From Candidatus Enterousia sp. (GTDB lineage: Bacteria; Pseudomonadota; Alphaproteobacteria; Rs-D84), in the NCBI GenBank assembly GCA_045613925.1, contig JAZLBV010000011.1, positions 73,632-137,631 on the forward strand: a DNA stretch of 64,000 bases, written 5' to 3'. Below the pieces are notes generated by a model, which saw nothing but the letters and a program-made list of their open reading frames with translations, was not told the DNA's origin and made no database searches. Positions within the stretch are counted from its first letter, which is position 1; every line of letters starts with the position of its first letter. Shown here piece by piece: positions 11,637 to 19,301 of this stretch. Made by a program: the position numbers and the translations under genes.

Positions 11637-12554
11637 ATGCAAAAAGTATCGTATATGGGAAACGGTTCAACGACAGAATTCGCTTTCAATTTCCCGTATT
11701 TTGAAAACAGCAATATTGTTGTAAAAGTGAATAATCAATCAGCCTCTGCGTACAGCATTATTGGAACACCCGCTGGATTAGATGCAGATATTCCATACAC
11801 GGGTGGAAAAGTTGTTTTTGAAACTGCACCATCCAGTTTGGACAGTATAACAATTTCCAGAAATTTGTCTTTGGAACGTATTGTAGATTATCAGCCTTTG
11901 GCAAAAATAGAACCAGGGATGTTAAATCAAGATTTAAATTATTTAATGGAAATCTTGAAAGATTTACAGGACGAATTGGATGATTTACACACGCAATACA
12001 CTGAGATTGCAGACAAAGAATCTACAACGGCATTATTAGCGCAAATTTCAACTATACACGACGAGATTGTGGCGGTTAACGCACAAATAACTGCCCTGGG
12101 TGATATTAGCACTTTGCGTCAAACGGTTGTGAACAATGGAAATAATATTGCAACAAACAGCAATAACATAACAACTTTGGATAACAGGACAACCGGATTA
12201 TTGGATTATGTTATCGCGTCGCAATTGCCAACTGCGGATAATAATTATACCTGGTATCGTAAGTATAAATCTGGTTGGGTTGAACAAGGCGGCCGCGCTG
12301 TTGGGTCATTAACTGGTGAAAAGGTTATAAATTTACCATTAACAATGGCAAATAAAAATTATCAGTTTATGGCAACGTTTTGTTTAAGCGGATATGATGG
12401 AAGTACAGAAACTGTATTAAGTGTTCGTCGTCAACGTAATAGTACAAATGATACAACATCAAAAGTTGCAGTAATTGCAACATATACAATAAACGGAGCA
12501 AACGGATACACTGGTTGGGAATTTGATTGGTTTGTCCAAGGTATCGGGGCATAA
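11637..12554 (+). CDS. phage tail-fibre-like protein (T7 gp17-type N-terminal domain + coiled coil + C-terminal domain)
   Basis: N-terminus YMGNGSTTEFAFNFPYFENSNIVVKV resembles the T7 tail-fibre N-domain (YQLDGSNRDFNIPFEYLARKFVVVTL). RBS AAAAGGAG precedes the ATG. Confidence 0.55.
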   Translation: MQKVSYMGNGSTTEFAFNFPYFENSNIVVKVNNQSASAYSIIGTPAGLDADIPYTGGKVVFETAPSSLDSITISRNLSLERIVDYQPLAKIEPGMLNQDLNYLMEILKDLQDELDDLHTQYTEIADKESTTALLAQISTIHDEIVAVNAQITALGDISTLRQTVVNNGNNIATNSNNITTLDNRTTGLLDYVIASQLPTADNNYTWYRKYKSGWVEQGGRAVGSLTGEKVINLPLTMANKNYQFMATFCLSGYDGSTETVLSVRRQRNSTNDTTSKVAVIATYTINGANGYTGWEFDWFVQGIGA

Positions 12555-12585
12555 AAAAATCGGGATTAAACTCCCGATTTTATCT
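12553..12585. terminator. bidirectional intrinsic terminator
   Basis: ATCGGGATTAAACTCCCGAT hairpin flanked by an A-run and a T-run, between convergent genes. Confidence 0.6.
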
Positions 12586-13215
12586 TTGTTTTATTGCGAT
12601 TATTCTTAAAAATTTATAGTTTGTTCCTTCAAATGGTGCACGATTTGCTTTTTCATCGGCAGATATAACCATTAACCCCAAACCGTTTAATTTCTGGACT
12701 GTGTCATCTGGCCTTAAAAATCTGCGATAATGTCCTTCATAAATGAACGCGTCTGGTTCGCCAGCCACAGCGTTGCCAAGGCCATAATATTCGTTTTTTG
12801 TGCCGCGGGCTTCTATTAACAAATAACCGTTTGGGTTCAGATGTGTTGCACACCAATTTAATGTGTCGTTTTGTTGTTGCAAAGATATAGCGTGTAATGT
12901 AAAACGTGAATATATTGCATCAAATTTTTGTCTGATTTTTAGTTTTGAAAAATCATCACATTTAAATATTAGATTGTGATTTTTGAAGTTGGCATTTAAA
13001 AATTCAATTTCTGTTTTGCATTGGTCTATGGCAACCATTTTGACGCCGTGTTCCGCCATATATACTGCATCACGGCCATTTCCACACCCAAGTTCCAATA
13101 CGTTCATCCCTGGTTTTAAATAATTTTTTACACAATACGCAGCAAACCGCGATTTTTGGAACGGTTCATTTTGTTTTTTATAATAATTTTCCCAATATTG
13201 TTTTTCTTTATTCAT
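12580..13215 (-). CDS. class I SAM-dependent methyltransferase
   Basis: VLELGCGNGRDAVYMAEHG SAM-binding motif I. Confidence 0.75.
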   Translation of the reverse strand: MNKEKQYWENYYKKQNEPFQKSRFAAYCVKNYLKPGMNVLELGCGNGRDAVYMAEHGVKMVAIDQCKTEIEFLNANFKNHNLIFKCDDFSKLKIRQKFDAIYSRFTLHAISLQQQNDTLNWCATHLNPNGYLLIEARGTKNEYYGLGNAVAGEPDAFIYEGHYRRFLRPDDTVQKLNGLGLMVISADEKANRAPFEGTNYKFLRIIAIKQR

Positions 13216-14328
13216 TGTTTAGCCTGTTAAGTTTAATTAATTCTTCTGGATTTAATTCATTAAGATAAAGATGTTTGTGCATATCTTTTGGAAAATCAAA
13301 ATATTCACCATAAGTTTCTGTTAGTATTTTGTTGTAATTGTTTGGGATGAAGAATTTATGCCCTTCGAACATAATTTCTTTTAATGGAAAAACGTCGGCA
13401 GTTTCATAAATATGTGGTTGATATGCGCATGTTTCAATTCCTAAGAAAAGATATTTACCGTTGTTTGATTGTAATTTTTTTGCAAAGATAATGTTTTTGC
13501 TTCAACTGTTTTAAATTCGTCATATTCATTAAAATCATTAAATAGTTCAGATTTTAAATCGTTTCCTTGTTGTAATGTTTTGGCGATAGTTTCTTTATCG
13601 GTATCAGAAAAATAATATGGAAAAATATCAGTAGCAAAAGCAAGTTTCCCACGTAAACGCCAAAATATAAAATCAACCCATTCAGATGGTGTTTGTGGGA
13701 CAAAATCTCGATGTAAAGTTTTTCCAATTTGTGATGGAACACGTTTGAACAAAGCACAGGTACCATCCAACTCTTTGTCTGCAATTTTACAGAATTTTTC
13801 ATAATCTGCTGATGGCATACCGATATCAATATCGTCATCCCACGGTATAAAACCGCCGTGACGAACAGCCCCCAATAATGTTCCAAAATCCAACCAATAT
13901 GATAAATTATGTTTGCGACAGATTTTATCAACTTCTGTTAACACTTTTAAATTTAACATTTGTACCTGGCGCATAATGCCGTGCGCGCGTGGCACATTGG
14001 TAATATCAGTAGTATTTACCAGAAAATTTTTAATATATTGTACTTCGCCAAGTATTGTGTTCTGTTGGTTTATTCCCATTTGAACAATATCGTGTGAACC
14101 ATTAATATTATTGTTCAAAATGTCAAATCTGTCGGTATTTAAAATATTATCACGCATACCGTTAATAATGTCATTCAAAGAATTAATTTTTCTATCTATA
14201 TCACGGATTCTGTCTTTGATAGTCTTGCTTTGATGTTTGTTTCGAAATGCGTGCCGGGCATCTTTATTCGGAATAAAACACGCAACGAAGCGAACCATAA
14301 AATTTTTCATTTTGTGTCCCTTTAACAA
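13208..14328 (-). pseudogene. LicD-family phosphotransferase (LicD / phosphocholine-transferase family) interrupted by a single frameshift near an A7 tract
   Basis: Upstream frame carries a LicD-like motif (WLDFGTLLGAVRHGGFIPWDDDIDI) and ends at TAG 13441..13443. The adjacent frame is open from 13504 and encodes a LicD-like C-terminus (VFPLKEIMFEGHKFFIPNNYNKILTETYGEYFDFP). Its TAA overlaps the ATG of the downstream methyltransferase. Confidence 0.6.
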
Positions 14329-15425
14329 TGTTTGATTTTATACTGAATCCCCACAGCATAATGTTTTTGATAATCTGGAAAAATTTTTATTTTATAAATC
14401 GGCAAGAACAAGAAATAATATGCTTTCTTGTCAATTGATTCTTTGATTCTAAACAATCCAAACAAATATTTTTGTGTGTGTTCCAGGGATTTATTTTTTA
14501 TCATATCTAATGTTCGTTCGGAATAAAAATCGAGGTTCTCCGGAATATAGTGTTGTTTTACAAAACTGGATGCCATATTGTATATTTGTTGTTGGTGTGT
14601 TTTATTTGTATGCCAACGCGCAAAATTTAAATATGGTATAAATATTGATTTCCAATAATAATCACGATTTTTTTCATATTTGTTATATTTGTTCATATAA
14701 TCAAATATTTCAAAAGCTATTTTTAAGTGGTCAATGGCGGACGTATCACATTTTTTAAATGTCTGATTCATAATGGAACCAGTATGACGAATATAGTTAT
14801 ATAATTTTTTGTTTACGAATGTTGCTTTGTACGCCCACAACATATAAACAAAAAACCAATACGCATCTTCATACTTTAAACCATCAGGATATCTTAAATT
14901 GTGTTCATTTATAATTGAGCGTTTAAAAATTTTATTACAGGACGAAACATCACAGCTTTCTATTAAACTGTATGAGACAGGTTTTGTTCCTTTGTTTTTT
15001 ATCCGGTAATATTCATCATCGCTTTGTTTCAGGCTTTCGTCGGCTTCATATATTATATTCATCCCGCACATAGCTATATCAGCCCCGGATTTTTCAATAG
15101 CGTTGAACATTTCTTCACACATTGTTTTATCATAAAAATCATCACTATCACAGCACATAATATATGGTGCCACCGATGATTGGATACCTGTATTACGACT
15201 GGTTGCCAGACCTGAATTTTTTTGATGTTTTATAATTTTTATTCGTTTATCTTTCTTTGCATAATCTTGTATAATTGATATAGAATTATCTGTGCTGCAA
15301 TCATCAACACAAATAATTTCAATATCTTTTAATGTTTGGTTTACCAATGATTCTATACATTTGCCAACGTATTTTTCCACGTTGTATACAGGAACAATAA
15401 CCGATATTTTTGGCGTTTTCATCAA
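14322..15425 (-). CDS. family 2 glycosyltransferase
   Basis: ISVIVPVYNVEKYVGKCIESL...DDCSTD...DSDD: GT-A DxD architecture. Confidence 0.85.
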   Translation of the reverse strand: MMKTPKISVIVPVYNVEKYVGKCIESLVNQTLKDIEIICVDDCSTDNSISIIQDYAKKDKRIKIIKHQKNSGLATSRNTGIQSSVAPYIMCCDSDDFYDKTMCEEMFNAIEKSGADIAMCGMNIIYEADESLKQSDDEYYRIKNKGTKPVSYSLIESCDVSSCNKIFKRSIINEHNLRYPDGLKYEDAYWFFVYMLWAYKATFVNKKLYNYIRHTGSIMNQTFKKCDTSAIDHLKIAFEIFDYMNKYNKYEKNRDYYWKSIFIPYLNFARWHTNKTHQQQIYNMASSFVKQHYIPENLDFYSERTLDMIKNKSLEHTQKYLFGLFRIKESIDKKAYYFLFLPIYKIKIFPDYQKHYAVGIQYKIKHC

Positions 15426-15431
15426 ATGCTC

Positions 15432-16517
15432 CTATAAAATAGCTAAATCAGGGATTGGTTTGCTTTTTATTGTTATGCCAAATAATTTGTATTTTTTTAC
15501 ACCATCTTTAACAACTGTTTTATATATCGGGCGGATTATATTATAAAACGCCTTGGACATTTTATACTTTAAAGATTTTGGATATATTTTTATCATTAAA
15601 TTATACCAATCTTTGTCAGAATAAAAACGTTTACTGAAAGTGCCATCTGTTATATATTTTGTATAATCAGACTGAAATTGTGGTAAAAATTGTTTCTGGG
15701 CTTCTTTTGTTAATCTGTCCAAGTTCCACATATAATTGCCTAATTTTATGTGTGGTATTAGTTTGTCGGCACCACGTTTAAAATGTGGATAATGTTTTAA
15801 ATAGCGCTCAACTTCGTCCCATTCATCACACACACAGAATATTTTTCCCGCAGATTTAACAGATGAATTTTCATTATCACAACGATAATGCAAAAATGCA
15901 TCAGATGTTAAATAAGCCCGTGTTGCCATTAACCATACTTTGAAATTAAATCCAGTATCTTGATATGAAGCGCCTGGGGATTCCAAAAATCTGATATTGT
16001 TATCGTTTAAAAAATCACGGCGATAAATAGCAGCCCAAATAGATGGTTGGCACCAAAAAATTCCCATCTGTTTTTTCGGGTTGATTACGTGTCCACAATC
16101 GTATGCCGGTAAAATTTCAGCCTTTACATTTTTTTCACCGTCTTTGGTTGTGTATTCATAAAAATTACTTTTTACAACATCGCAATCGTTTTTTTCTGCT
16201 ATTTTGGTCAATTCGGCAAACATTTTTTTATCAACCCAATCATCAGATTCGACTATGCCAATATATTCCCCAGTGGCCCTGTCCAGTCCGCGATTCATAG
16301 ATTTACCATAACCTTCGTTCTTTTTATCAATAATAACTATTCTTTTGTCTTTCTTGGCATAAGATTTAATAATATCCAATGTTGAATCCGTTGAACCATC
16401 GTTTATGCAAATAATTTCAATATCTTTTAATGTTTGATTAACAATACTGTCCAGACATTGTTTCAAATATTTTTCAACGTTATAACACGGTACCAGAATA
16501 GACACTTTTGGTTTCAT
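15432..16517 (-). CDS. family 2 glycosyltransferase
   Basis: VSILVPCYNVEKYL...NDGSTD...ESDD. Paralog of 61753..62862. Confidence 0.85.
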   Translation of the reverse strand: MKPKVSILVPCYNVEKYLKQCLDSIVNQTLKDIEIICINDGSTDSTLDIIKSYAKKDKRIVIIDKKNEGYGKSMNRGLDRATGEYIGIVESDDWVDKKMFAELTKIAEKNDCDVVKSNFYEYTTKDGEKNVKAEILPAYDCGHVINPKKQMGIFWCQPSIWAAIYRRDFLNDNNIRFLESPGASYQDTGFNFKVWLMATRAYLTSDAFLHYRCDNENSSVKSAGKIFCVCDEWDEVERYLKHYPHFKRGADKLIPHIKLGNYMWNLDRLTKEAQKQFLPQFQSDYTKYITDGTFSKRFYSDKDWYNLMIKIYPKSLKYKMSKAFYNIIRPIYKTVVKDGVKKYKLFGITIKSKPIPDLAIL

Positions 16518-16619
16518 TTTTTATCCCCTTGGTTTTGCGTGAACAGTATAGTTAAAAATATCTAGAAAATCAAGCAATAAATCCTGGTTTTTCGGCCTGT
16601 GTATATGTTTCCATTTTGT

Positions 16620-16648
16620 TTGTTATTTATGAAAATTTAGGTTATAAT
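16620..16648 (+). promoter_or_regulatory. candidate sigma70 promoter (TTGTTA-17-TATAAT) for the PilP-like paralog
   Basis: -35 at 16620..16625 and -10 at 16643..16648. RBS AAAGGAGGGG before the ATG at 16674. Confidence 0.4.
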
Positions 16649-16673
16649 AAACTTTGTTCAAAGGAGGGGTGTT

Positions 16674-17246
16674 ATGAAAAAGTTATTAATCGCTTTGGTG
16701 GCTTTGGCATTTATTCCGCAATCTTTTGGAAATGTATCAGGGCAAAATGATGCCAAAGAACAACCAAACAAAGAAATTACAGGGTATTTTGATTTTGACA
16801 GGCTTATACATGCGCTGGGGTTTTGCTCTGATGACGAGCCTTTGTTATTAACAACTGGCGAATGTGTTTCGTGCGATTATAAACCAGGTAAGTCAGAAAA
16901 CTTTGATATTTTATTTGGGTGTGAAAAATGTCCAAAATTGAAAAAAAAGGAATCTGATTGTGTCGTCAAAATGGATGTAGAAGATAAAACAAAAAAATCA
17001 CAGAAATCACAAAAAAAGCAAAATAAAGAAAATTCTTCGGACAAATATAAGTATGATTTAGTTAATATTATGGGGGTTGGGGATAATTTGCAGGCGACTT
17101 TGATAGAAAATGCTAGTGGTAAAAAGAAAAATATTGCGATTGGTGATGTTTTAGATGGCTATATGATAAAATCTATTTCTTTGAAAGAAATTGTTTTTGA
17201 AAAAGACGGGGTTGTTCAGACTTTGAATTTTGATGTATATGATTGA
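16674..17246 (+). CDS. secreted Cys-rich protein with PilP/GspC-like C-terminal domain (paralog of the 2600..3298 C-domain)
   Basis: Signal peptide. CxxC motifs (CVSCDYKPG, CEKCPKLKKKESDC), a lysine-rich linker, then YKYDLVNIMGVGDNLQATL...KSISLKEIVFEKDG. Confidence 0.5.
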   Translation: MKKLLIALVALAFIPQSFGNVSGQNDAKEQPNKEITGYFDFDRLIHALGFCSDDEPLLLTTGECVSCDYKPGKSENFDILFGCEKCPKLKKKESDCVVKMDVEDKTKKSQKSQKKQNKENSSDKYKYDLVNIMGVGDNLQATLIENASGKKKNIAIGDVLDGYMIKSISLKEIVFEKDGVVQTLNFDVYD

Positions 17247-17497
17247 TAATCAGGCTGTTTTCAAATTCAATATATTTTGTTGCAAGTTTATTTTTTTAGT
17301 TATAAAATCTTTGTGCAAAGGGTTTTATATAATGTGTTGATGCGACTAACAACCGCGGAATGTTGTGTAAAATCGGTAAAGTTATAAAATCAGGGTGGCA
17401 CCGCGCGAAAGAATCTTAGCGCCCCTGAATTTTTAAGATTTGAATTGGTGCCGAATCCTATAAAATTTTGGCACCGAAACAGAAAAAGGGTGTGAAT

Positions 17498-19252
17498 ATG
17501 TTGTCTTTGAAATCTAAATACAGGACGCATACCTGTGGTGAATTAAATGCGTCCAATGTTGGTCAGACAGTTGTTTTGTCTGGGTGGGTGCATCGTAAAC
17601 GCGATCACGGATCTTTGCTTTTTATTGATTTGCGCGATAATTATGGTATTACACAGTGTGTGTTTGATGGCGGAGATGAAAATTTAGAAAAGGTTCGTCC
17701 AGAATCCGTTATTCAAATTACTGGGACTGTGGTTGCACGTGATAAGGATGCAGTAAACGAAAAAATTCCAACAGGGGCCATTGAAATTAAAGCTGAAAAG
17801 TGGGATGTGTTGACTAATTCAGATGTTTTGCCGTTCCAAGTGTTTGGTGATGATGATACTGTGGCCGAAGATTTGCGTTTAAAATATCGCTATATAGATT
17901 TGCGTCGTGATTCTTTGCATAATAATATTTTGACCCGTAATCGTATTATGAAATTTTTGCGTGATAAGATGTGGGATATGGGATTTTCAGAATTTCAGAC
18001 ACCAATTTTAACTGTGTCCAGTCCCGAAGGTGCACGTGATTATATTGTCCCAAGTCGTAATCATCATGGTATGTTTTATGCTTTGCCCCAGGCGCCTCAA
18101 CAGTTCAAACAGTTAATTCAAATTTCTGGGTTTGATAGATATTTCCAGATTGCGCCTTGTTTTCGTGATGAAGATTTACGCGCTGATAGATTATTGGAAT
18201 TTTATCAGTTGGATTTGGAAATGTCGTTCGTTGATTTATGTGATATTCAGGCAGTTGGAAATGAATTAATGCCAGAATTGATTAAACAATTTGTGCCAGA
18301 TGCTATTGTTGATCCGAATATTCCACATATACCATTTGACGAAGCTATGTTAAAGTATGGTTGTGATAAGCCTGATTTACGTAATCCAATCATAATTAGT
18401 GATGTAACGGAAATTTTCCGTGGATCTGAATTTGGTATATTTGCAAATGCAATCGAAAATGGTGCTGTGGTGCGTGCGATACCTGCACCGAATTCGTCAG
18501 ATAAACCACGTTCTTGGTTTGATAAATTGGGTGAATATGCCGTTAAAGAACTGGGGCTTGGCGGGTTAGGTTATATTGTTTTTGCAGAAGAAGCCAAGGG
18601 ACCTGTGGCGAAAAAATTAGATGCAGACCGTATTGCAAAATTGCACGAGATTTCAGGAGATAATTCATCGCTGTTCTTTGTGTGTGATAATGTGGATGCT
18701 GCTGCTAAGGCTGCGGGTAAATTGCGTATTAAACTGGGTGAAGATTTGGGCTTAATCAATCCAAAGGAATTCAAATTCTGTTGGATAGAAGATTTCCCAA
18801 TGTATGAGTTGAATGAAGAAACAGGGGCTATTGATTTCGGCCATAATCCATTTAGTTTACCAAAAGGCGAATTGGATGGTGATCCTTTGAAAATAAAAGC
18901 TAATCAGTTTGATATGGTTTTAAATGGTGCCGAAATTTGCAGTGGTGGTTTGCGTAATTATAATCCAGATACTATGGTGAAAGCTTTCGCTATCGCTGGA
19001 TATGGTCCAGATGTTGTGAAAGAAAAATTCGGTGGAATGTATGCTGCGTTCCAATATGGTGCGCCACCACACGGTGGATGTGCGTTTGGAATTGACAGAT
19101 TGGTATCTATTATCTTAGGTACGTCAAATCTACGAGAAGTTGTTTTGTTCCCGACAAATCAACGTGGGCAGGATTTAATGTTAGGTGCACCACGTGAAGT
19201 AACGGAACAACAATTACGTGAAGTTCATATCCAAGTTCGCAAGAAAGGATAG
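17498..19252 (+). CDS. aspS: aspartate--tRNA ligase
   Basis: Class II aaRS motifs (FRDEDLRADR, GGLR, GAPPHGG..GIDR) and an N-terminal OB anticodon-binding domain. Confidence 0.95.
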   Translation: MLSLKSKYRTHTCGELNASNVGQTVVLSGWVHRKRDHGSLLFIDLRDNYGITQCVFDGGDENLEKVRPESVIQITGTVVARDKDAVNEKIPTGAIEIKAEKWDVLTNSDVLPFQVFGDDDTVAEDLRLKYRYIDLRRDSLHNNILTRNRIMKFLRDKMWDMGFSEFQTPILTVSSPEGARDYIVPSRNHHGMFYALPQAPQQFKQLIQISGFDRYFQIAPCFRDEDLRADRLLEFYQLDLEMSFVDLCDIQAVGNELMPELIKQFVPDAIVDPNIPHIPFDEAMLKYGCDKPDLRNPIIISDVTEIFRGSEFGIFANAIENGAVVRAIPAPNSSDKPRSWFDKLGEYAVKELGLGGLGYIVFAEEAKGPVAKKLDADRIAKLHEISGDNSSLFFVCDNVDAAAKAAGKLRIKLGEDLGLINPKEFKFCWIEDFPMYELNEETGAIDFGHNPFSLPKGELDGDPLKIKANQFDMVLNGAEICSGGLRNYNPDTMVKAFAIAGYGPDVVKEKFGGMYAAFQYGAPPHGGCAFGIDRLVSIILGTSNLREVVLFPTNQRGQDLMLGAPREVTEQQLREVHIQVRKKG

Positions 19253-19301
19253 AATATATTTATGTTATTAATAATCCCCGCGGTTGCGGGGATTATTTTG
19301 T

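Noticed and set aside
11288-11713. ORFs 11288..11704 (+) and 11411..11713 (-)
   Set aside because: They span the tRNA-Met gene, its promoter and its terminator.
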